IMG/VR virus record: IMGVR_UViG_3300031760_000015
Span: 1 to 43,640 of that record
Length of the DNA stretch: 43,640 nt
Strand: one strand, 5' to 3'
From: a virus
Taxonomy: Duplodnaviria; Heunggongvirae; Uroviricota; Caudoviricetes
Shown in pieces: positions 8,620 through 16,424 of the stretch. Under the pieces are notes generated by a model. It saw only the letters and a program-made list of their open reading frames with translations, was not told the origin of the DNA and searched no databases. Each line of letters opens with the position of its first letter. Positions within the stretch are counted from its first letter, which is position 1. The position numbers were made by a program, and so were the translations under genes.

Positions 8620-8651
8620 TTTAATTAGAAGTCCCGTAATTTCTAATTTTT
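8620..8651. repeat. Palindromic site S19 (promoter on both sides; right end of inversion 1)
   Basis: TTTAATTAGA-AGTCCCGTAATT-TCTAATTTTT; divergent TTGACA boxes 22 bp away on each side. Confidence 0.8.
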
Positions 8652-8743
8652 CAAATCTTAACTATCCTAATACTTGACATTTCATTCTAATTCTGCTATA
8701 ATAATTACAGTTGAGGGAGAGGAAAGGAACTCCCAAAACACAT

Positions 8744-8818
8744 GAGGGTGTAGCCAAGTGGTATGGCAATGGACTTTTAATCCATGTATCGCGGGTTCGA
8801 TTCCCGCCACCCTCACCA
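8744..8818 (+). tRNA. trnK: tRNA-Lys(UUU)
   Basis: Acceptor GAGGGTG/CACCCTC-A-CCA; anticodon arm ATGGA-CTTTTAA-TCCAT; T-loop GGTTCGATTCC; own promoter 8674-8702. Confidence 0.95.
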
Positions 8819-8871
8819 ACTTCACGAAATCTTAACTTGACAAAGTTGGGGAATCGTGATATAATGAAAAT

Positions 8872-8942
8872 GTTGAAGGGCGAGGGTGGAAACCACCGCA
8901 AAGCACTGCTACGCAAAAGCCACAATTCCCGAACCCTTTAAC
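8872..8942 (+). ncRNA. Candidate ~70-nt small RNA
   Basis: Promoter TTGACA 8837/TATAAT 8860; closing stem GTTGAAGGG/CCCTTTAAC; internal GGTGG-AAA-CCACC hairpin; no ORF. Confidence 0.55.
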
Positions 8943-9033
8943 AAACTCTTAACTTGACATTATAGCCAATCGGTGCTATAATAAATACATCAAAGGGAAC
9001 GACACCCTACAAACGAGAAAGGAATTAACCACT

Positions 9034-9381
9034 ATGAAGAAGTCTACTCTTGAGATGATGAAGAACTATCTGAACGGCGACAACACTGTTGACCTGTCCG
9101 TTCTGCGCGACGAGGTTAATGCCGAGTGGGAACGCACTACCTCAAAGTCCCGCGCTAATAAGGAACTGTATGATGCGGCGCATGATGCTCTGATGGCTTA
9201 CGAAGCATGGAACAAGCCCATGACAAGCAAGGAACTGTGGGAAGTTGTGGGCGCGGATATGCCCGAAGGCTTCACTGAAAGCAAGATGCGCTACGGTTGC
9301 CTTAACTACTGGACTGATGAGGTTCAGAAGAACGACAACGGCAAGAACCCTGCTACCTACGAGCGCAAGCCGCAGGATTAA
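9034..9381 (+). CDS. Hypothetical protein (possible winged-helix-like fold)
   Basis: Promoter, AAAGGA RBS, terminator 9388-9412; fold is a guess from the MTSKELWE..YCL pattern. Confidence 0.8.
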   Translation: MKKSTLEMMKNYLNGDNTVDLSVLRDEVNAEWERTTSKSRANKELYDAAHDALMAYEAWNKPMTSKELWEVVGADMPEGFTESKMRYGCLNYWTDEVQKNDNGKNPATYERKPQD

Positions 9382-9423
9382 AATAAGAAAAGCACCCACA
9401 GGGTGCTTTTCTTTTACGTTTAT

Positions 9424-9455
9424 GTAAATTAAATTGCACGTACATTCTATATAAC
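9424..9455. repeat. Palindromic site S20
   Basis: GTAAATTAAA-TTGCACGTACAT-TCTATATAAC. Confidence 0.85.
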
Positions 9456-9527
9456 ATAGTTTTAACTTGACTTCTCAAACATAGTATGCTATAATAAATA
9501 CATCAAATGAAGGGAGATTAAATCAAT

Positions 9528-9821
9528 ATGAATAATGTATACTCTAAAGTTTTTAGTTGCCTTCCCGAACTTAGCGAAATTGAGCTTGAAGCTCTTGCAG
9601 AAGCATGTCAAGAAAGAGCAGAAGGGAAAAGAAAAGCACGCCGTGAAGTATTGCGGCAAGAATTAATGGAGAATCTTCAAAAAGTCATTGGGGATATTCT
9701 TCATAATGGTTTTAATCTCGCTATTAAAAATACTGGATGCAATCCTGAATACGATGATTATGTTGAAGTTTTTTTTGAACCCGGAGATATTTATTCAATA
9801 GTAATGGTAGATAATAAGTAG
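9528..9821 (+). CDS. Hypothetical protein
   Basis: Promoter, GGGAG RBS, terminator. Confidence 0.8.
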   Translation: MNNVYSKVFSCLPELSEIELEALAEACQERAEGKRKARREVLRQELMENLQKVIGDILHNGFNLAIKNTGCNPEYDDYVEVFFEPGDIYSIVMVDNK

Positions 9822-9848
9822 CGGCAACGCTACTTTTTTTAATTTCAA

Positions 9849-9880
9849 GTAAATTAAATTGCACGTACACTCTAATTCAT
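9849..9880. repeat. Palindromic site S21
   Basis: GTAAATTAAA-TTGCACGTACAC-TCTAATTCAT. Confidence 0.9.
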
Positions 9881-9981
9881 CAACACTTAACATAAAAAAG
9901 TATTGACAAATAGATATAGAGGGTGTATAATATATCCAGAAAGTGAAGGAAAACACTTGACAAACCAGAAAGGGATTGAAC

Positions 9982-11022
9982 ATGCAGTTTAAGAAAGAGC
10001 GTAATTTCATCGTGGCGTATGACGGCGTTATCAAGTTGGGCGCGTGGGACATTTCCAACGGTTCTTTCATTGGCAAGAGCGGCAAGCCTGTTAAGAATGT
10101 TCCTTCTTGCTTTACCTATCGTAATTTGCCTTCATGGCGTAGTGGCGCGAATGACCTTGCCTATGCTATTTATTGGTATCGGACAAACCTTTCCGATAAT
10201 TATACGGAAGTTATGGGCGCACACTTTGAACAGCTTTTGAGTTTGGGGCTTTTCCCGAACAGCACCAACAGTCTTTACGATAAACCCAATCTTAACAAAA
10301 AGATTGTGGAGTATCTCAAAGAAGAAAATCAGAGTTATTATGATTCTATTAAGGTAGCGCGTTACCTTGCCTTAATCCAGCATGAACAGTATATTAACAC
10401 TTTGCCTGATTGGGCAAAAGAAGTTTTTAGTAGCCTTTTGAGATCTAATATTCCCATTGATTATATTAAGACTGCGTTAAATCGTGTTATCCATGAACAT
10501 GTTGACGCTTTTATTAAAGATAGCTATTACATTTCTGGAAAAATCTTTGAAATGTTGAAAGATTATTATAATATTTCCATGAAGTTGTTTAACAAAGTGG
10601 AAATAGAAAAAAATTTCCTGACTAAATACGCAATTTTGAAATATCTTGCGGAAGAATACAAGAATAAGCACTATAATGAAGAATTGGCAAAGAATAACGA
10701 TAAATCATGGCTTTACTACGAAAACGAAACCTTTATTGTAAAGCCGATTTTGACCAAAGAGGATTTCCATATAGAGGGCGAAGCGCAGCGAAATTGCGTT
10801 GAAAGAATGTATATGGAAAAAGTATACAAAGGCGAAACTCACGTTGTAACTATTCGCCGCAAGTCTGACCCTAATAAATCTTATATAACTTGTGAAGTTA
10901 GCAACGATGGTAGGATTTGGCAGTATTTGGCACGTTGTAACGAAACGCCCAAAGAACAGGACGCAAGGAACTTCAAAGTAGAATATACACAGCATCTTAA
11001 CAGAAACTACAAAAAGGATTAA
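9982..11022 (+). CDS. PcfJ-like domain protein
   Basis: C-terminal EGEAQRNCVE..Y.....IRRK....YITCEV...G.I.QY....N..P pattern typical of PcfJ. Confidence 0.75.
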   Translation: MQFKKERNFIVAYDGVIKLGAWDISNGSFIGKSGKPVKNVPSCFTYRNLPSWRSGANDLAYAIYWYRTNLSDNYTEVMGAHFEQLLSLGLFPNSTNSLYDKPNLNKKIVEYLKEENQSYYDSIKVARYLALIQHEQYINTLPDWAKEVFSSLLRSNIPIDYIKTALNRVIHEHVDAFIKDSYYISGKIFEMLKDYYNISMKLFNKVEIEKNFLTKYAILKYLAEEYKNKHYNEELAKNNDKSWLYYENETFIVKPILTKEDFHIEGEAQRNCVERMYMEKVYKGETHVVTIRRKSDPNKSYITCEVSNDGRIWQYLARCNETPKEQDARNFKVEYTQHLNRNYKKD

Positions 11023-11054
11023 CCCGAAAGGGTTAATCTCTTTTTTAAGGCTAT

Positions 11055-11086
11055 GTAAATTAAACAGTCCGGACACTCTAATTTAC
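11055..11086. repeat. Palindromic site S22
   Basis: GTAAATTAAA-CAGTCCGGACAC-TCTAATTTAC. Confidence 0.92.
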
Positions 11087-11172
11087 GCACATTTAACTTG
11101 CGTTTCTTCCCTGACTGTGCTATAATATATCCAGAGTTGAAGGAAAACAACACAAACCAGAAAGGCTTTATT

Positions 11173-12186
11173 ATGGCGAATAAGACCAAGCGTTATCTGA
11201 TGTTGGATTGTGAAACTGCTACCTTGCCATTTGCGGATGAAATCGCGGGTGACAATCCCGAGCGCAAAAAGCGTATAGCCATTGCCAAGCCCTTGATTTA
11301 TGATATTGGTTGGACTATTACCAATCGCAAGGGCGACATTCTGGAAAGCAAGCAATTTTTGATTGCGGAAACTTTCGCCGTTCCTGCTGTATTCAATACT
11401 GCGTATTACGCAGAAAAGCGCCCCATTTATCTTGAAATGCTCAAGAAAAATGAAACCAGCATAAAGCCGTGGAATGAAGTTATGGATGTGTTAATTGCCG
11501 ATATGGGCATTGTCGATGGTGTCGGCGCGTTTAATTCAATGTTTGATTTTAAGAAAGCTATTCCTTTTACTGAACTTTACATTCAGGAATTGTATAGCCC
11601 CACTTATTATCAATGGGAACAGTTACAGCGCAGAAGCGCGGCGCGCATTGCCGATGGAGAACGCAATCAACCGAACCCCGATTTTGAAGCCGATATTTTC
11701 CGCTTCCGTGGAAAAAAATATTCACTTTTCGATATGTGGGGACTTGCCACGACTTACCTTTTGAATAATACTACTTATAAGAATAAGTGTTTGGAACATT
11801 CAATGCTTACTAATTCAGGAACATTCTTTAAAACAAGTGCAGAAAGCACTTTCCGTTATCTCTGTGATAAATATGATTTTATGGAAAGCCATACCGCGCT
11901 TGATGATGCTATCATAGAAAGTTTCATACTTTCCAAGGTTGCTCAAAAGCATAGTATAACAATGGGAATTAAATTCTTCCCTTTCCGTGATTTGGGCGCT
12001 ACTGATGAATTTTGTATGAGAAGGAAAAAAGCAAACAAGCGCGAATGTGAAACTGTGTATTGTGCTATGGCAGATTACATAAACGCAAAATTAGATGAAG
12101 CGGATGAATTATCTAATTATGCGGTAGGATTAGTCCGCAGGATGCGCAGACTTGCCGAGTATGCGGGATTTGAATGTAATTATTAA
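11173..12186 (+). CDS. DEDDh (DnaQ-like) 3'-5' exonuclease
   Basis: ExoI LDCETA, ExoII FNSMFD, ExoIII HTALDD. Confidence 0.85.
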   Translation: MANKTKRYLMLDCETATLPFADEIAGDNPERKKRIAIAKPLIYDIGWTITNRKGDILESKQFLIAETFAVPAVFNTAYYAEKRPIYLEMLKKNETSIKPWNEVMDVLIADMGIVDGVGAFNSMFDFKKAIPFTELYIQELYSPTYYQWEQLQRRSAARIADGERNQPNPDFEADIFRFRGKKYSLFDMWGLATTYLLNNTTYKNKCLEHSMLTNSGTFFKTSAESTFRYLCDKYDFMESHTALDDAIIESFILSKVAQKHSITMGIKFFPFRDLGATDEFCMRRKKANKRECETVYCAMADYINAKLDEADELSNYAVGLVRRMRRLAEYAGFECNY

Positions 12187-12223
12187 GTTAAGAGCCACGA
12201 GGCTCTTTTCTTATTAAGCAAAT

Positions 12224-12255
12224 GTAAATTAAAGTGTACGTACACTCTAATTTAC
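12224..12255. repeat. Palindromic site S23
   Basis: GTAAATTAAA-GTGTACGTACAC-TCTAATTTAC (spacer is itself a perfect palindrome). Confidence 0.95.
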
Positions 12256-12301
12256 TTTCTTTTAACTTGACATTTGTGGGATTTTCTGATATACTATATT
12301 T

Positions 12302-12366
12302 GTTGAAAGGGAGAGGGCAACACTCCTGCTCCATAAGAACCAGTCAAGAGCCAACTCCCTTTTAAC
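12302..12366 (+). ncRNA. Candidate ~65-nt small RNA
   Basis: Promoter TTGACA 12267/TATACT 12290; 12-bp closing stem GTTGAAAGGGAG/CTCCCTTTTAAC; no ORF. Confidence 0.55.
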
Positions 12367-12458
12367 AAACTCTTAACTTGACATTTAGCACATAACGTGC
12401 TATAATGAATACATCAAGTGAAGGAAAACACTTAAAAACCAGAAAGGATTTCACTACT

Positions 12459-12797
12459 ATGGCGAAGATTTCTAAGGCTGTCGTTGATTCCAACATCCGT
12501 ACCGCTATCTTCAACACCCTGCACATTGCCGACATTGAAGGTATCCACAAGATTAATGATCGTCAGTATGGTTGCCTTGTGACCGATTCCAACGGCGTTG
12601 AGCGTTACGCGCGTATCGGCGTAATCGTTGCCGAAGAACGCGAGGACATGACCGCCGCCGAACTCATGGCCGCCGAAATTGCGGACTATGAGGACAAGCA
12701 GGCGAAGAAGGCCGCGAAGGCCGCCGAGCGTGCCGAAAAGGCCGCAAAGGACAAGGCCAAGCGTGAAGCCGCGAAAAAGGAAAAAGAAGGGGAGTAA
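12459..12797 (+). CDS. Hypothetical protein, K/A-rich tail family
   Basis: AAAGGA RBS before ATG 12459. Confidence 0.85.
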   Translation: MAKISKAVVDSNIRTAIFNTLHIADIEGIHKINDRQYGCLVTDSNGVERYARIGVIVAEEREDMTAAELMAAEIADYEDKQAKKAAKAAERAEKAAKDKAKREAAKKEKEGE

Positions 12798-12819
12798 CCC
12801 CTTCTTTTTTTAAGTTAAT

Positions 12820-12851
12820 GTAAATTAAAGTGTACGGACATTCTAATTTAC
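12820..12851. repeat. Palindromic site S24
   Basis: GTAAATTAAA-GTGTACGGACAT-TCTAATTTAC. Confidence 0.92.
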
Positions 12852-12941
12852 CAACTCTTAATTTGACAAATAGCCAAGCCCATGCTATAATATATACATC
12901 AAGTGAGGGAAAACACTTAAAAACCAGAGAGGACAATATTT

Positions 12942-13109
12942 ATGTATCAGATTCATTTTCTTCTTCTCAATGGTGAACATGCTATTATTGCAAATTGGGT
13001 AAACTCGAACAGGTTTCCTACTAAAGAAGATGCAATGAGATTTGCGCAGAATACTGCAAAAAGTTTCAATGGAAGTTGCTACAATATCTTTTATCGAGTT
13101 GTAGGATAA
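12942..13109 (+). CDS. 55-aa hypothetical protein (MYQIHFLLLNGEHA...)
   Basis: Promoter 12863, conserved leader, GAGAGG RBS; below ORF-track cutoff. Confidence 0.7.
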   Translation: MYQIHFLLLNGEHAIIANWVNSNRFPTKEDAMRFAQNTAKSFNGSCYNIFYRVVG

Positions 13110-13205
13110 CAAAACCTTAACTTGACAAACTCCACTTCATCTGATATAATATAATCAATCAAGTGAAGGAAAACACTAACAAACCCAAGAGAGAAAGGAA
13201 TCAAT

Positions 13206-13616
13206 ATGAATATGAACTCTAACATCAAGTGCGGCACTTCCATCAATGGCGGCGTGGTTCTGACTGATATGCCCATCAAGGCTCTGGTTGCCCTGCGTGA
13301 TGCGGTAGACGATGCTATCCGCAATTCCCGTAAGGATGATTCTGACCGCCTTCTGACCGACATTATTTCCGCGATTGATGCGGCAAATGATGAGGGCTAT
13401 ATGGTTAATCTGAATGGCAAGCCCATTTGTCCTGACCTTCTGACCGTAGATTATGATGAAGATAATGACTATTGGGATGACGATGAAGACGAGGACGAAG
13501 ATGATGATGATTGGGATGACGATTGGGATGATGATGACGAGGATGAGGACAATGAGGATAGCCCATGTGATGGTTGCGAAGATGATTGTTTCTATTGTCC
13601 CCATTGTGATTGTTAA
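13206..13616 (+). CDS. Extremely acidic protein with C-terminal Cys cluster
   Basis: Poly-D/E tract followed by CDGCEDDCFYCPHCDC. Confidence 0.85.
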   Translation: MNMNSNIKCGTSINGGVVLTDMPIKALVALRDAVDDAIRNSRKDDSDRLLTDIISAIDAANDEGYMVNLNGKPICPDLLTVDYDEDNDYWDDDEDEDEDDDDWDDDWDDDDEDEDNEDSPCDGCEDDCFYCPHCDC

Positions 13617-13651
13617 GAAAAGGGCGTAAGCCCTTTTCTTTTTAAGCATAT

Positions 13652-13683
13652 GTAAATTAGATAGCACGTTCAATTTAATTTAC
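13652..13683. repeat. Palindromic site S25
   Basis: GTAAATTAGA-TAGCACGTTCAA-TTTAATTTAC. Confidence 0.92.
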
Positions 13684-13754
13684 TTACAATTAACTTGACT
13701 TCCATTCCGTTCTATGCTATAATATATTCAAGAAAACGAAAGGGGATTCAAATT

Positions 13755-13907
13755 ATGAATTATCTTGATGCCTTGAATTATGTCTTGTCAATGTCTGGAG
13801 AATTGGAAGAGTTAGGCATGACTAAAGAATGTCATACTCAACTTTGCCTTCTTAGAGACAAAGTTTATAAAGAAATGCAGCAAGAGAAAAGAAAGGAGCA
13901 TAACTAA
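13755..13907 (+). CDS. Hypothetical protein
   Basis: AAAGGGG RBS before ATG 13755. Confidence 0.7.
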   Translation: MNYLDALNYVLSMSGELEELGMTKECHTQLCLLRDKVYKEMQQEKRKEHN

Positions 13908-13909
13908 TT

Positions 13910-14098
13910 ATGGATTACATTTGCCCTCATTGCGACACTGAACTTGAACTGACCGAAGTCGAAACCTATCAGGATTATAGTGGTTCGCGCATACTAACCG
14001 AGTATAATACTTGGTATTGCCCTACTTGCGGCCGCACGTATCAGAATGAGACTAACTATGTCTATGTTGATGAAACTGAATTGAAGGAGATTAAGTAA
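13910..14098 (+). CDS. Zinc-ribbon protein
   Basis: CPHC...CPTC. Confidence 0.8.
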   Translation: MDYICPHCDTELELTEVETYQDYSGSRILTEYNTWYCPTCGRTYQNETNYVYVDETELKEIK

Positions 14099-14129
14099 GG
14101 CGCGAAAGCGCCTTTTATTTTATACATAT

Positions 14130-14161
14130 GTAAATTATAGTGTACGTACAATTTAATTCAT
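14130..14161. repeat. Palindromic site S26
   Basis: GTAAATTATA-GTGTACGTACAA-TTTAATTCAT. Confidence 0.85.
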
Positions 14162-14233
14162 ATACTTTTAACTTGACTTTTCACGCAGAATATATTATAA
14201 TAAATACATCAAATGAAAGGGGAATAAAACATT

Positions 14234-14608
14234 ATGTTGAAGATGAATTATTCAGATCTCAAAGAAAAGAACTATCGCCAGCTTATCAAAGAGTGCGAGC
14301 GTCGCGGAATTGATACTTCTGATTATAGAGGTTGTATGCCTCCAAATGATCTTATTGGAAAGATTATCGCGCATGATGCCTACTATGAAGGGCGCGATGA
14401 TGCTCTTAATGGGCGTCCCTCCAAGGTAGAAATGAACCGCAAAAATGAGCGCACTCGCTATCGTTTTCGGGAATGTGATGGAACTGAGCATTATGTTATG
14501 CTTACGCGTGAGCAAGAGCGTTTTATGCGTTGGAATTACGATAATGCTATTGATTATGATAATATGGATATAGATGTTATTGAAGACATTAATTGGGAAA
14601 CTCCATAA
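14234..14608 (+). CDS. Hypothetical protein (N-terminus resembles a Rho-N/SAP-like helical motif)
   Basis: LKEKNYRQLIKECERRGI pattern; promoter, RBS and terminator. Confidence 0.75.
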   Translation: MLKMNYSDLKEKNYRQLIKECERRGIDTSDYRGCMPPNDLIGKIIAHDAYYEGRDDALNGRPSKVEMNRKNERTRYRFRECDGTEHYVMLTREQERFMRWNYDNAIDYDNMDIDVIEDINWETP

Positions 14609-14630
14609 AGAGTTTCCTTTTTAATTTCAA

Positions 14631-14662
14631 GTTAATTAAACTGTCCGTGCAGTCTAATTCAT
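14631..14662. repeat. Palindromic site S27
   Basis: GTTAATTAAA-CTGTCCGTGCAG-TCTAATTCAT. Confidence 0.85.
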
Positions 14663-14734
14663 ATACATTTAACTTGACTTTTCTTCCTATCTTGTGTATA
14701 CTATATACATCAAATGAAAGAGAGGACAGTTCAC

Positions 14735-15451
14735 ATGGTTGATAAGCGTATTCATTACTATTTGGTGTTGGATGTAGAGACAGCTAACGGTTTGGATGAC
14801 CCATTGGTTTATGATATTGGTGGCGCGATAACCGACAAACAAGGTAGGATTTACGAAACATTTTCTTTCGTAATTCGAGACATTTTCATCTATGAGCGTT
14901 TTCTCATGGAAACGGCATACTATGCTAACAAGGTTCCCGATTATATTCAAGACTTGGAAAATGATAATCGTATTCTCATTGATTTCCACAATGCGCGAAA
15001 ATATATTCTTGCGCTAATGGAAAAATACAACATAACAGATGTTGCCGCTTATAACGCACATTTTGACCGCAACGCATTGAATACAACGCAGCGTTGGTTA
15101 ACCAAATCTAAATATAGATACTTTTTCCCCTATGGCACAAACTTCATCTGTATTTGGAATATGGCTTGCCAAACCCTATGCCAACGCAAAACATATAAAG
15201 AATTTTGTGAAAAGAATAATTTCACAAGCAATCGCAAGGGAGAACCAAACGCAAAGAATTACAGCACGAGCGCAGAAACAGTTTACAGATACTTAATACT
15301 AAACGCAAATTATGAGGAAGAACATAAAGGTTTAGAAGATGTTAAGATTGAAACATATATTATGAAAAGATGCTTTTCCTCAAAAAAGAAAATGCCATAT
15401 GGTAAAGGAATTAAAAGAAATTGTTGGATGTTGGTTAAGAGAACGGTTTAA
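14735..15451 (+). CDS. Second DEDDh 3'-5' exonuclease
   Basis: LDVETA, YNAHFD, HKGLED motifs; homologous to 11173-12186. Confidence 0.85.
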   Translation: MVDKRIHYYLVLDVETANGLDDPLVYDIGGAITDKQGRIYETFSFVIRDIFIYERFLMETAYYANKVPDYIQDLENDNRILIDFHNARKYILALMEKYNITDVAAYNAHFDRNALNTTQRWLTKSKYRYFFPYGTNFICIWNMACQTLCQRKTYKEFCEKNNFTSNRKGEPNAKNYSTSAETVYRYLILNANYEEEHKGLEDVKIETYIMKRCFSSKKKMPYGKGIKRNCWMLVKRTV

Positions 15452-15472
15452 CCGTTCTTTTTTTGATTTTAT

Positions 15473-15504
15473 GTTAAATAGATTGTACGTACCATTTAAT
15501 TTAC
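15473..15504. repeat. Palindromic site S28 (terminator on both sides; left end of inversion 2)
   Basis: GTTAAATAGA-TTGTACGTACCA-TTTAATTTAC; no adjacent promoter. Confidence 0.88.
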
Positions 15505-15537
15505 ACATAATTAAAAAAAATAGCGGTTTTGCCGCTA

Positions 15538-15714
15538 TTACATATCCTCCAATTCATGAATTTTAGTTATGGTTCCGTAATAACTGCCATCATCATAATT
15601 AAACCAAAATTGAAAATCTTCGGTATCAATTATCCAAAATCCATCTTCTGCTTTATAGGTGTGATGAATATTCAAGCGGTCAAGAAGATACAGAGCCATT
15701 GCAAAATTAGACAT
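15538..15714 (-). CDS. 58-aa hypothetical protein in inversion 2 (MSNFAMALYLLDRL...)
   Basis: Minus-strand AAAGGA RBS; terminator 15513-15540 faces S28; below ORF-track cutoff. Confidence 0.7.
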   Translation of the reverse strand: MSNFAMALYLLDRLNIHHTYKAEDGFWIIDTEDFQFWFNYDDGSYYGTITKIHELEDM

Positions 15715-15732
15715 TTGATTTCGTTCCTTTCA

Positions 15733-16005
15733 TTATTTAATATTAAGCATTTCAAAAACTTTTTTTATTCGTCGCTTATTTAGTATATCTTCATAGGCAT
15801 TTTGTTTTTCAATCAATTCAATTATTTTTTCATCTCCCTGTTCATCGCATAAAGCCGCGATAGTTAAACGAATATAAGGAAATTCTTCATCACCAGTATT
15901 AAAAATCAATTCACGATTATTAAAATTGGCAGAGATTAATTCTTCATTAAGCCAATCTTTTACAAATTTTTCACGAACTTTATTTTGCTTTTCCATCAAT
16001 GTCAT
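15733..16005 (-). CDS. Hypothetical protein in inversion 2
   Basis: Minus-strand promoter next to S29, ATCAAATGAAGGGAG leader. Confidence 0.8.
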   Translation of the reverse strand: MTLMEKQNKVREKFVKDWLNEELISANFNNRELIFNTGDEEFPYIRLTIAALCDEQGDEKIIELIEKQNAYEDILNKRRIKKVFEMLNIK

Positions 16006-16075
16006 ATGCTTGCGCTCCCTTCATTTGATACATCAATTATAGCAGATAGTATGTAATATGTCAAGTTAAAGTATA

Positions 16076-16107
16076 GTAAAATAGACTGTACGCGCAATTT
16101 AATTAAC
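16076..16107. repeat. Palindromic site S29 (inside inversion 2; canonical context on the minus strand)
   Basis: GTAAAATAGA-CTGTACGCGCAA-TTTAATTAAC; minus-strand -35 box 11 bp away. Confidence 0.88.
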
Positions 16108-16138
16108 ATAAAATAAAAATGGCACTTTAAGTGCCATA

Positions 16139-16354
16139 TTATATTACCTCCACAATCTTAACGCTATCTTCATCATAACCGATAATATCATAAAGTTCTT
16201 CCGCAGAGAATGAAACTTTACAATTATTACAGGTACAAAAAACTATCTTGCTATAACAATTATAGTTATAGTTCCAGCCAAGTGCAGAATCCGCGACAAT
16301 CTCAAAACTTCCAGCAGTCCCGCATTTAGGACACTTAATCGTCTTGTAAGGCAT
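16139..16354 (-). CDS. Zinc-ribbon protein in inversion 2
   Basis: CPKC...CNNC; minus-strand promoter next to S30; terminator 16120-16137. Confidence 0.8.
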   Translation of the reverse strand: MPYKTIKCPKCGTAGSFEIVADSALGWNYNYNCYSKIVFCTCNNCKVSFSAEELYDIIGYDEDSVKIVEVI

Positions 16355-16424
16355 ATTGTAAATCTCCCTTCATTTGATGATATAAGTATAGCAGAAAATG
16401 GGAAAGAAGTCAAGTTAAACCTAC

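Noticed and set aside
8662-8941. ORFs 8662-8925 (-) and 8711-8941 (+)
   Set aside because: They overlap the tRNA-Lys, promoters and a small-RNA unit, and have no RBS.
13470-13560. GATGAT/GACGAT tandem-like repeats
   Set aside because: A consequence of poly-Asp coding, not an independent element.
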